From Chiloscyllium plagiosum (lineage: Eukaryota): a DNA stretch of 64,000 nucleotides. The notes under the pieces were generated by a model. It was not told the DNA's origin. It saw only the letters and a list, made by a program, of their open reading frames with translations, and ran no database searches. The stretch spans positions 15,891,860 to 15,955,859 of the forward strand of contig NC_057719.1 in assembly GCF_004010195.1 (NCBI RefSeq). The letters run 5' to 3'. Positions 50,941 through 62,749 of this stretch are shown here, piece after piece (position 1 is the first letter of the stretch; each line of letters starts with the position of its first letter). The translations under genes were made by a program, and so were the position numbers.

Positions 50941-53900
50941 AATGCAACGAGGGGTATGTCGGGTTCCAAGAGATCAATTGTGTTCGGGGATTCTCTAGTC
51001 TGAGGTACAGACAGACGTTTCTGTGACCAGCAGCAAAAGCAGAATGGTGTGTTGCTTCCCTGGTGCCAGGATCAAGGATATCTCAGAGAGAGTACAGAAT
51101 ATTCTCACGGGGGAGAGGGGCCAGGAAGAGGTCATTGTCCACATTGGAACCAACAACATAGGAAGGGAAAAGGATAAGATTCTGAAGGGAGATTACAGAG
51201 AGTTAGGCAGAAATTTAAAAAGGAGGTCCTAGAGAGTAGTAATATCTGCATTACTCCCAGTGCTACGAGCTAGTGAGGGCAGGAATAGGAGGATAGAGCA
51301 GATGAATGCATGGCTGAGGAGATGGTGTATGGGAGAAGGATTCACATTTTTGGATCATTGTATTCTCTTCTGGGGTTCAAGTGACCTGTACAAGAAGGAC
51401 AGATTGCACCTAAATTGGAAGGGGACTAATATACTGGCAGGGAAATTTGCTAGAGCTGCTCAGAAGGATTTAAACTAGTAAGGTGGGGGGTGGGGAAAGG
51501 GAGATAGTGAGGAAAGAGATCAATCTGAGACTGGTACAGTTGAGAACAGAAGCGAGTCAAACAGTCAAGGCAGGCAGGGACAAGGTAGGACTAATAAATT
51601 AAAGTGCATTTATTTCAATGCAAGGGGCCTCACAGGGAAGGCAGATGAACTCAGGGCATGGTTAGGAACATGGGACTGGGATCTCATAGCAATTACATAA
51701 ACATGGCTTAGGGATGGACAGGACTGGCAGCTTAATGTTCCAGGATACAACTGCTACAGGAAGGACAGAAAGGGAGGCAAGAAAGGAGGGGAGGAGGTGG
51801 CATTTTTGATGAGGGATAGCATTACAGCTGTGGTGAGAGAGGATATTCCCGGAAATACATCCAGGGAGGTTATTTGGGTGGAACTGAGAAGTAAGAAAGG
51901 GAGATCACCTTATTATAGATCCCCTAATAGTCAGAGGGAAATTGAGAAACAAACTTGTAAGGAGATCTCAGTTATCCGTAAGAATAATAGGGTGGTTATG
52001 GTAGGGGATTTTAACTTTCCAAACAGACACTGAGACTGCCTTAAGTGTTAAGGGTAAAGATGGAGAGGAATTTGTTAAGTGTGTATAAGACAATTTTCTG
52101 ATTCAGTATGTGGATGTACCTACGAGAGAAGGTGCAAAACTTGACCTACTCTTGGGAAATAAGGCAGGGCAGGTGACTGAGGTGTCAGTGGGGGAGCACT
52201 TTGGGGCCAACGACCATAATTCTATTAGTTTTAGAATAGTGATGGAAAAGGATAGACCAGATCTAAAAGTTGAAGTTCTAAATTGGAGAAAGGCCAATTT
52301 TGATGGTATTAGGCAAGAACTTTTGAAAGCTGATTGGGGGCAGTAAAGGGACGGCTAGAAAATGGGAAGCCTTCAGAAATGAGATAACGAGAATCCAGAG
52401 AAAGTATATTCCTGTTCGGGTGAAAGGAAAGGCTGGTAGGTATAGGGAATGCTGGATGACTAAAGAAATTGAGGGTTTGGTTAAAAAAAGGAAGCATACG
52501 TAAGGTACAGACAGGATAGATCGAGTGAATTCTTAGAAGAGTATAAAGGCAGTAGGAGTACACTTAAGAGGGAAATCAGGAGGGCAAAAGGGGGACATGA
52601 GATAGCTTTGGCAAATAGAATTAAGGAGAATCCAGAGTTTTTACAAATACATTAAGGACAAAAGGGTAATGAGGGAGAGAATAGGGTCCCTCAAAGATCA
52701 GCAAGGGGGCCTTTGTGTGGAGCTGCAGAAAATGGGGGAGATACTAAACGAGTATTTTGCATCAGTACTTACTGTGAAAAAGGACCTGGAAGGTATAGAC
52801 TTTCAGGAAATAGACGGTGAATCTTGCAAAATGTCCATATTAGAGAGAAGTGCTGGATGTCTTGAAACAGGTAAAGGTGAATAAATCCCCAGGATCTGAT
52901 CAGGTGTCCCCTAGAACTCTGTGGGAAGCTAGAGAAGTGATTGCTGGAACTCTTGCTCAGATATTTGTACCATCGATATTCACAGGTGAGGTGCCAGAAG
53001 ACTGGAGGTTTGCTAACGTGGTGCCACTGTTTAAGAAGGTTGGTAAGGACATGCCAGGGAAGTATAGACCAGTGAGCCTGATGCAGGTGGTGGGCAAGCT
53101 GTTGGAGGGAATCCTGAGGGACAGGATGTACATGTATTTGGAAAGGCAAGGACTGATTAAGCATAGTCAACATGGCTTTGTGTGTGGGAAATCATGTCTC
53201 ACAAACTTGATTGAGTTTTTTGAGGAAGAGAATTGATGAGGGCAGAGTGGTAGATGTGATCTATATGGACTTCAGTAAGGCATTCAACAAGGTTCCCCAT
53301 GGGAGATTGATTAGCAAGGTTAGATCTCACGAAATACAGGGAGAACTAGCCATTTGGATACAGAACTGGCTCAAAGATAGAAGACAGAGGGTGGTGGTGG
53401 AGGGTTGTTTTTCAGACTGGAGGCCTGTGACCAGTGGAGTGCCACAAGGATCGGTGCTGGGTCCTTTACTTTTTGTCATTTACATAAATGATTTGGATGC
53501 GAGCATAAGAGGTACAGTTAGTAAGTTTGCAGATGACACCAAAATTGGAGGTGTAGTGGACAACGAAGAGGGTTAGAGCTGAAAATGTGTTTGCTGGAAA
53601 AGCGCAGCAGGTCAGGCAGCATTCAAGGAGCAAGAGAATCGATGTATCGGGCATGAGCCCTTCTTCAATGAAGAGGGTTACCCCAGATTACAACAGGATC
53701 TTGACCAGATGGGCCAATGGGCTGAGAGTTTAATTCAGATAAATATGAGGTGCTGCATTTTGGGAAAGCAAGTCTTAGCAGGACTTATACACTTATTGGT
53801 AAGGTCCTAGGGAGTGTTGCTGAACAAAGAGACCTTGGAGTGCAGGTTCACAGCTCCTTGAAAGTGGAGTCACAGGTAGATAGGATAGTGAAGAAGGCGT

Positions 53901-54528
53901 TTGGCATGCTTTCCTTTATTGGTCAGAGTACTGAGTACAGGGGTTGGGAGGTCATGTTGCAGCTGTGCAAGACATTGGCTAGGTCACTGTTGGAATATTG
54001 CGTGCAATTCTGGTCACCTTCCTATCAGAAAGATGTTGTCAAACTTAAAAGAGTTTAGAAAAGATTTACAAGGATGTTGCCAGGGTTGGACGATTTGAGC
54101 TGTAGGGAGAGATTGAACAGGCTAGGGCTGTTTTCCCTGGAGCATTGGAGGCTGAGGGGAGACCTTATAGAGGTTTACAAAAGCATGAGGGTCATAGTTG
54201 GGATAAATAGACATAGTCTTTTCCCTGGGATGGGGGAGTCCAGAACTAGAGGGTGTAGGTTTAGGGTGAGAGGTAAAAGATATAAAAGAGACCTACGTTT
54301 TCACACAGAGGGTGGTGCGTGCATGGAATGAGCTCCCAGAGGAGGTGATGGAGGCTGGTACAATTGCAAATTTTAGTGGCATTTGGATGGGTATATGAAT
54401 AGGAAGGGTTTGGAGGGATACGGGCCAGGTGCTGGCAGGTGGGACTAGATTGGGTTGGGATATCTGGTTGGCATGGACGGGTTGGACCAAAGGGTCTGTT
54501 TCCATGCTGTACATCTCTATGACTCTAC
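50941..54528 (+). mobile_element. CR1 LINE B, near full length, nested in CR1 A
   Basis: GDS, HIGTNN and DRLHLN esterase blocks, APE, RT and CTATGACT tail; CTCTA shared at both junctions. Confidence 0.92.
53576..53665 (-). mobile_element. Penelope terminal fragment inserted in CR1 B
   Basis: Matches 57393-57486. TSD CAA(C/T)GAAGAGGGTTA at 53561-53575 and 53666-53680. Confidence 0.8.
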
Positions 54529-55299
54529 AATTTCCTGGTGAGACCGCACTTGGAATATTGTGTCCAGTTCTGGTCGCCTTACTATAGGAAAGATACAGAG
54601 GCTTTGGAGAGGGTGCAAAGAAGGTTTTCCAGGATGCTGCCTGAACTGAAGGGCTTGCCTTATGGAGAAAGGTTGAATAAGCTTGGAGTTTTCTCTCTGG
54701 AGAGAAGGAGGAAGAGAGGAGACCTGATCAATATAATAAGAGGAATAGATAGGGTCAATAACCAGAGACTTTTCCCCAGGGCAGGATTGACTGGTACGAG
54801 GGGTTATAGTTTTAAGATATTAGGAGAAAGGTATAGAGGAGACATCAGAACTATGTTCTTTACACAGACAGTTGTGAATGCATGGAATGCATTGCCAGCT
54901 GTGGTGGAAGCAGAGTCATTGGGGACATTTAAGCAACTGCTGGACATGCACATGGATAGCAGTAAGTTGAGGGGTGCGTTGGTTAAGTTACTATGTTTTA
55001 CATTAGGATTAACCTCGGCACAACATCGTGGGCCAAATGGCCTGTTCTGTGCTGTACTTTTCCATGTTCTATCCATTTGAAGATGTGTTGAGAATTGGGT
55101 AAGCTGACTAAGACAGCACATATCACATAAGGAATGGAGTGAGTGTCACTGAACAAGTGAATTTAAATGGAATAATAGGTGTGAGGAGTGAGGTAATATG
55201 GAAGAAATTTGTTAAGACAGATGGAGGTGCTGGTTCCACAGCAGGTTGCAGATCACTAGATTCCTATTCTAGTTAGGTCATTAAAAACACTTCTTGTAC

Positions 55300-56203
55300 T
55301 TAGCGAGTTTTGAGAAGATTTGTAGCTCAGGTTGAGGTTTTGGATGTAGGTTTGCTCGCTGAGCTTTCATTACCTTACTAAGTAACATCTTCAGTGGACC
55401 TCATGCGAAGCAATGCTGAAACTTCCTGCTTTCTATTTATATGTTTGGGTTTCTTTGGGTTGGTGATGTCATTTCCTTTGGTGGTGTCATTTCTTGTGGT
55501 GAAGTCACTTCCTGTTCCTTTTCTCAGGGGTGGTAGATGGAGTCTAACTCGATGCGTTTGTTGATAGAGTTCTGATTGGAATGCCATGCTTCTAGGAATT
55601 CTCATGCATGTCTTTGTTTGGCTTGTCCTAGGATGGATGTATTGTCCCAGTCAAAGTGGTGTCCTTCCTCATCCGTATGGAACTACGCAGAGCAGAGGAA
55701 ATCACCTATACCGGGTGTTCAAAAAGAATGGGTACCCAATGAACACAGTCCGCCGATTTCTCAGCAACAAACCCAAACAAGCAGACAAAACACATCCAGA
55801 AACCGTAGCCACTCTCCCCTACATCAAAGACATCTCGGAAGTGACTGGCAGACTACTCAGACCCCTTGGCATCATGATGGCCCACAAACCCACCAACACA
55901 CTAAAACAGCAGCTATTGAACTTGAAAGACCCTATACAGACAATGAGCAAAACTAACGTCATTTACAAAATACCATGCAAGGACTGTAACAAACAATACA
56001 TTGGACAAACAGGCAGAAAACTAGCCATCAGGATGCATGAACACAACTAGCCACAAAAAGACATGACCCTCTCTCACTAGTATCCTCACCTATGGATAAG
56101 GGAGGACACCACTTCAACTGGGACAATACATCCATCCTAGGACAAGCCAAATAGAGACATGGAAATGAACCTTTCAGCTCAGCGAGCAAACCTACATCCA
56201 AAA
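55300..56203 (+). mobile_element. Penelope-like element (Poseidon type) with inverted 5' segment
   Basis: On +: FKKNGYP..LPYIKDISE..NVIYKIPCKDCNKQYIGQTGRKL..EH. 55300-55680 is the element 3' end on -, with a CTGAAGA..GAAA motif at 55365-55394. Confidence 0.88.
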
Positions 56204-56744
56204 CGTCTTGTGCTGGATCTATGATTTTACCACAACAGGTTTACTCGTTACTCAACCGTGACTTCTAAGGTAGCTGAATCTTTCCTTATTATTGAAAACA
56301 GTGTCTCTTTTCTTACCCTTGCTGCATCCAGCTCTATAGCAGACACCTTCTTTAAAAAGGGACACCTATTGCATTTTCCATTTCTAATTCTAATTATGTT
56401 ATATAATTTACTACATCCTTTAAATTCAATTTATACTTCAAGGACTCAAGTTAAAATTGGACCACTTGTGCATCTTGAATAAATAGAATTGGGAAGGCAT
56501 GTGCAAGAATAAAAGAACCGATGGGAGCATATTCACATACCTTTGAAGATGACATGACAAATTGATAAGGCTGCTAAGAAATTATTTAGAATACTTGCCT
56601 TAAATAAGAATAAGTCAGAAGATGAGAGTGAAGAGACTTTGCAGGAGTGAAACAGAATGAGTAATTGGGAATCTGGGGCAAATGGGAATTCAATTAATAA
56701 TTATTTTGCAATTAATAATTATTTAATTATCAAATACAAATCAG

Positions 56745-57000
56745 AATGGTGCAGTGGCTTAGTGATCAGCACTATTGACTCACAGGATCAGGGACTTGGG
56801 TTCAATTCTAGCCTCGGACTACTGCCTGTGTGGAGTTTGCATGTTCTCCCTCTGTCTGCACTGATTTTCTCCAGATGCTCTGGTTTCCTCCCACAGTCAA
56901 AAGATCTGCAGGTTAGTTGGAGTTGGTTGTGCTATCCAGGGTTGTAGAGACTATGTGGATTAGCCATGGAAAATGCAGTGATAGGGTAGGATGGGGAGCT
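56745..57000 (+). mobile_element. HE1-type SINE, diverged
   Basis: GGGTTCAATTC B box and TGTGTGGAGTTTGCATGTTCTCCC..GGTTTCCTCCCACAGTC. Confidence 0.82.
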
Positions 57001-57360
57001 GAATGTTGTCTATGTTTTTGCTTTGGTTAACCTATTTACATAATTTCCTCTAAAATTCAGTATATTTCAGATTCAGGTTCCTTAATTTGTGTGTTTTTTT
57101 AATCCTTCAGTTTCCCAGATTACTTCGCCCAATAGCAGTAAAATAACACCATACATGGACTCAAACATTTTCAGCTCTCTTCATCCGTATCCATTGAGGA
57201 TACTTCTTCAATATGTTCCCAGCCTTCCCAATTTTATAAATGATTGCATCATTGAATGATAACTTCCTTCAAATGCAGGTAGCCCCTTTTGAGCTACAAT
57301 ATACATGGTTTTAAACAATACAGCTCTAACGTTCATGAGGCTTTATCTTCAGCCTATGCT

Positions 57361-58068
57361 AGGAGAAAGTGAGGACTGCAGATGCTGGAGATCAGAGCTG
57401 AAAAATGTGTTGCTGGAAAAGCGCAGCAGGTCAGGCAGCATCCAAGGAGCAGAAGAATCGACGTTTCGGGCATAAGCCCTTCTTCAGGAATGAGGAAGGT
57501 GTGCCAAGCAGGCTAAGATAAAAGGATGGGAGGAGGGACTTGGGGGAGGGGCATTGGGAATGCGATAGGTGGAAGGAGGTTAAGGTGAGGGTGATAGGCC
57601 GGAGAGGGGGTGGGGGCNNNNNNNNNNNNNNNNNNNNNNNNNNNNNNNNNNNNNNNNNNNNNNNNNNNNNNNNNNNNNNNNNNNNNNNNNNNNNNNNNNN
57701 NNNNNNNNNNNNNNNNNNNNNNNNNNNNNNNNNNNNNNNNNNNNNNNNNNNNNNNNNNNNNNNNNNNNNNNNNNNNNNNNNNNNNNNNNNNNNNNNNNNN
57801 NNNNNNNNNNNNNNNNNNNNNNNNNNNNNNNNNNNNNNNNNNNNNNNNNNNNNNNNNNNNNNNNNNNNNNNNNNNNNNNNNNNNNNCTTGCGGTTGCAGA
57901 GGAAGGTGCCGGGAGTGGAGGTTGGGTTGGTGGGGGGTGTGGACCTGACGAGGGAGTCGCGGAGGGAGTGGTCTTTCCGGAACGCTGATAGGGGAGGGGA
58001 GGGAAATATATCCCTGGTGATGGTGCCTATTTGGAGGTGGCGGAAATGACAAAGGATGATACGATGTA
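57361..58068 (-). mobile_element. Neptune-type Penelope fragment containing an N gap
   Basis: Reverse-strand FRKDHSLRDSLVRSTP..PGTF.C; hammerhead at 57460-57487. TSD TCAGC(C/T)TATGCT at 57349-57360 and 58069-58080. Confidence 0.85.
57460..57487 (-). ncRNA. Minimal hammerhead ribozyme motif
   Basis: CTGAAGA-A-GGGC(TTAT)GCCC-GAAA-CGTC on the reverse strand. Confidence 0.8.
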
Positions 58069-60999
58069 TCAGCTTATGCTTCCTGCCTTTTATTTTTCCG
58101 AGGGTTCCCTTATTACAATCTCTTACACCATCTGAGTTTTAGCTCAGCCTTGTTTCACATATACTTACTGTATGTGATCTGTATGTAACTACACTGACAC
58201 ATTACAATTTCACCTCCTGGTTTAGTCATACAAACACTCCTGTATGTCGTCTGATGGGCTCTTTCACTCAGTTCACTATTACTCCTCCCAGAATACATAT
58301 TCTTTCATTTCTGTAACATTTTGATATAATAAGCAATCTCACTTTCTATTTTGATTGTAATTTTTCTTGTATCCCTTTCATAATGCTACTTTCATTGTTT
58401 TAAAGTCAGTTTCTCTTTAGATTTTATGTCAGTATATTATTGTTTAAACTATATTTTTGTGCTCTTCCAAGGCACACTAATCCTTTTAGCAAGTAGGTGT
58501 ACATGTCTGAGGCCCAGTCTTCAGTGCATGTTTTTGTACCATCTAATGTTTGTTTCCTTCGAGGTAACATTCACTTTTGTACACTTACATCAGTGTCCCA
58601 AGACCATGTCACACATTCTTGACTCTCACATGATCTTATCAAATGATCTATGAGGTTTACCTCTCTCTCTATGTATGGTCACGATGCCTCAGGTAGTGGC
58701 TTGATCACCAATTCAATCTTTCTTAAAAGAAAAGACAAGGACACAAACATCACCACGAGAAAGCTTTCAGTTTGGTGATCTCATCTAAACTTCCTCTTCA
58801 TTAAAATGCTTTTTAACCTCAATTGACATTTCAAATGAATATTCTTTTTTTTTCTTCTGCCACCAGTTTCCAACTTTAATTACTTTGTCTATCAATTTTC
58901 TAATTTAACTATTACCACCATATCTACTTCCAGAGATCTGTAAAGATTTGTAGTGCATGGTACATAATCTTATAATATTTTAAAACAGAAGTCAGACATT
59001 TCTGTTTGATTCAGGCACAACATACTTCGCTTGTTCTTTCTCTGAGATGACTCATCTTTTTTAAAAAGTTACTTGATAACTCATTCTAGATATTTGATAT
59101 ATCCCTATGTAAATTTGCCCAAATTCAATGTTGTGTTTACTCCCTCAAAGTCACTAACCATTTTTATATGGCTTGAAACCACTGAGACTGTGTGCATGCA
59201 CTTTATCATTCCCCTGAATCTCCTTAAATTTTCAGGTGACTATTCCATTTGCAGTAAATGTTTTAGAATACCAGGACATGTGAGTCTTAGTATAGCTTTT
59301 GTCATGACATACTTAAGTTTACCCAATCCCAGTGGTTTTGAGATACCTGACACTCAATACATTTGATGTTTCCACAATACTTCCCCAACACTGAAATATG
59401 TTATTGATGAATGGCTTGATAGGTTGAGGGTGCCTCATCCATCACTGTCTGCAAATGGGTTCAGCCTTCGGTGTCTCCAACTTCTAAAAAAAAACAAACA
59501 AGCTCCATCCATTCCATATCGAGCAGAATGTGTTAATTAGTGTTAAGCTTGTATGGATTCTGAAAGAAAAAGGGGTGATGCATCAAATCCTGCACATAAT
59601 TACATCATCTGTCTCTCCTCCTGTGAGGAAAATAAGTGAATATACTTTTAAGGAAAGGAAAACCCTCCCAATTTGTTAAATTTGCCTTTCCCGAACTCCT
59701 TACCCAGAGGGAGTTGCATTTTCAACACTTCAATGTCTTTATCATTTGGATTTTAACAATGAGTCAATCTTAACATCCAGAATTAAAGATTCACTCATGT
59801 TAAAACAGTATTTGGAAATTCCAAACATTGTAATTTCTGGAATTAAAATTTTCCATCTCCAAACACTACACCGAGCCAACCCCAAAGGTTTTTTTTTTAC
59901 CAAGCTTTACAAACTAAATTTTTAAATCAACGTTTTGCGTATATTTGCTTTACCATTGGTTTCTTAAAAGAATATTACATTAACTACCCATGTCCCACAC
60001 TGATACAGCCACACTACAAACTTTAAAAAAATCCATACATTCCCAAAACATAAACTAACTTAAAAGTATCCCCAGATCTCGAACAAAACTCACAAATTGT
60101 ACAAGATGATTTTGAAAGTATTCTGAATGACATTTTAAGGCCTTTCCAACATTGTTCACTAAAAAATATATGGGCTTGAGCAGCTTGATTTTTGTACATT
60201 GATTTGCACTGTTTCTCAGAATGGAGACCTTTCCTAAATGAGCTGTACCAGTGCCAGATTGAATCGCTTCTAATCTACATTTGCAACAGATCAGTCGCTG
60301 GTTGTCTTATTTGAAAATATTCCCTTATATCCTGTAGCTCTTTTGATATTTGTTTCGTTTTTCAGTTTTGTAATTCCACTGTGTTCTAATCGATGCCAAA
60401 AGTGCAGAGTTTTCAATCTCTGATGCAATACATCATTTTTAAGGTTACCATTTATCACTGTATCAGAAATCTTTCTCAGCCATCCTTTGTTTTGCCCTGA
60501 TTGGATAGATTCCATTAGAGAACTGTATAAGCACTCATCTTTCTGTACAAACATCTGAACAATAGGTTTAAATTTCCTGACAGACCCGAACATGTTGGTA
60601 TCGAGTCTGTGAGAAAAGGTGAAGGTTCTGACTGCGTCACAAATGCTGTTTCAGTAACTGATGAGGTAATTGGGTGATCTCATTGAGCACTGGAAATCAC
60701 GACATCTTTCATAAAGGGTAAATACATTTTACTTTGTGGAGTCTGCCTATTTGCAGTGGGACTTTTTTTGTCAATAGAAAAGGCATCCTTTGTGAGTAAT
60801 CGGGAAGGCTGTGATTGGGATTTAACTTTTTTGAATGAGTTGTTTTGATTCGATACGACTTTAATCAATGCATTTTGACTTGGAACAGTTTCAGTTTCCT
60901 TATATACTACCATTTTTTCAGCATTTCCCGTGTTGGAGTGGAGTACGAACCATGTCTTCTATCGGTTTTCTTTTCCTCCCTCCACATCGGATTTGACCT

Positions 61000-62445
61000 C
61001 TCTTACTCCCTTACGCTTTGGAAAGCAATGCGTCTTTCACATATTGTACATGGCACCAGTAGGTATTCTGTCTATCCTATTCTTTTCTATTCCTGCTTTT
61101 AATAATGCTGTGTTGTTATCTTTTGTTTCACCTTCGAACCACCCCATCTCTAACTTGTTCCTGTTTGTTGCTTGCTTGGGTGGGCCTCACTCTTCGCTTA
61201 CTAGCCTCGACATTCTCTAACTGTCCTAACAGCAAACATACCTGCCCCCACTAACTGTCCGTGGGCTGGCCCTAATGGGACTAACAAGGCACCTCGCATT
61301 CAGCCCGGACCACTCCGCATTAGCCGGTTCCTCATTCTGGTTGTGAAGGCTTCCTGGTCTGTACTTTGAAACTGTGGAGAACACATACCCACTTGCGTAG
61401 CCAAATCCCTCAAATGTTTTATACCTTCTGGTATGTTCTCCCACTTTTCAACATCACTTCCCAATCTGTCGGGGGAGGGTACTTGTTTCCTACTGCTAGT
61501 GTCAGTGCAATTCACAACAATCCAGTATGCCCTACGTTTCTGAAAGCGCTATTCGCGTGTGGATCAATACTTAATGCTCCCAGATTCCCTTGCTGTAGGG
61601 CACTCAGCAAAACATGGGCGGCACCCTGGTCACATGACCAAGTCAACCTAGAGTCTAAGGTTTCACCAGACTTCTGCTTAAAACGCGACCCCAAATCCTG
61701 CAATTCTCTCGATATTCTCGAATTCTGTAGGTTTTGTCTTCCTACCTGTTTTGCCTTATTTGTTATTATGGGTCATACTATTAGTCCCTTCTCTGAGGAT
61801 GACTTCAGAGGTGGAGCATCCTGCCCTTCTGTCCATTCTGATACTCTGAATCAGATGGATATCAAATGTCTCCATCCAACTGTTTGGGGTCCTATCATGA
61901 GGTTAATAACTTTTGCACTTTGACTAGGTCAATTGTCCAATTGCGCTGTTTTGCTTTCTTTTTTCTGTTGTACCATCACCAGACAGCAAACTATCTGGTT
62001 CTGCTTCTCCTCTGCCTGCTTAGCTCTTTCCTGCATTGTCTTAACTGTTTCTTTTAACTTTTTAAGTGATTTTTAACTTTGTACACCCCAGTCGAACACT
62101 GGCATCCCCAAATCTTAACTGTTTCTGTTAGGGTTGTGTTACACAGTTCTACCACCAGCAATGTGGCCTCAAGCATCCTGTTATTGGCCTGGCACTCTCC
62201 CAATTCGCTACACATAGAAACACAAAGCTGTTAACAATGTTCATCTCATTTGCGATATACTGTCCTTGCTTCTGGGGAACCCCGCTTCCTGCAAGCACTT
62301 GTGTATGGCAGCCTGCATGAATAACCCTTCTTACTTTCTTTTCCCGGTTATAACCATCCCCCATTCTTGTGAGAATCCTAATTGTGCTAACAAGTTAGCT
62401 ACAGACTCGAATCCAGAGTCTGCCACATTTCATTCTTGAATACGG
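61000..62445 (-). pseudogene. Decayed ERV-L/Fv1-like (class III endogenous retrovirus) gag
   Basis: Ordered motifs: VANLLAQLG..W; TLLTAL; coiled coil; KVQKLL..DPKQLDGDI*; LQDLGSRFKQKSGE..DQGA..LGALSID; AVGNKYP; KWENIPEGIKHLRDLA; DQEAFTTRMRNRLMRSGP; LLKAGIEKNRIDRIPT. Stops and frameshifts are present. Confidence 0.82.
62053..62113 (+). mobile_element. 61-bp Penelope terminal fragment inserted in the gag
   Basis: Matches 14245-14292. 13-bp TSD CTTAACTGTTTCT at 62040-62052 and 62114-62126. Confidence 0.8.
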
Positions 62446-62731
62446 AAGGTCTCCAGAGCATCAGGTTGTCTTTCCCTGCTCTTAAATATTTTCCCGAATT
62501 CCATCCTAATCGCCAAAAATGTCTTGGATCACAGAGTGTATCCAAATGGTTCTTTTTGGATACAGATAAATATAGTTAAAAGAAGACTCAACTGCGGCAA
62601 TTTACTTAAATATGGGTGTTCATTAAGTAATAATAATGAGTAATAAATGGAAAAGAAAGGAGAAAAAGCAACAAATCTCGTCCTTCTGCCTGTTGGGGAC
62701 CCCTTGTTTGACGGCTGGTCTGGAGGCTTAG

Positions 62732-62749
62732 GGGTCATTCCCGGCACCA
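62732..62749 (-). promoter_or_regulatory. Putative retroviral primer-binding site
   Basis: Reverse strand reads ...GGATCGCA-AA-TGGTGCCGGGAATGACCC (LTR-like CA end, 2-nt spacer, TGG), about 300 nt upstream of gag. tRNA identity is ambiguous (Leu-like with transitions, or His/Phe by the first 8 nt). Confidence 0.55.

Larger units (their letters stand above)
48236..55072 (+). mobile_element. CR1 LINE A (48236-50940 and 54529-55072), split by CR1 B
   Basis: Esterase VVHIGTNDI, APE and RT ([17 protein letters not shown]). The sequence resumes at VRPHLEYCVQFWSP after the insert. Confidence 0.9.

Noticed and set aside
58570..58690. Possible retroviral protease remnant on - (PYIE..GL.DTDVSV)
   Set aside because: It needs a frameshift, lacks the DTG glycine, and no RT follows; too weak to call.
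60291..60913. Minus-strand ORFs of 100 and 77 aa downstream of gag
   Set aside because: No recognisable motif; they could be chance ORFs or decayed ERV internal sequence.
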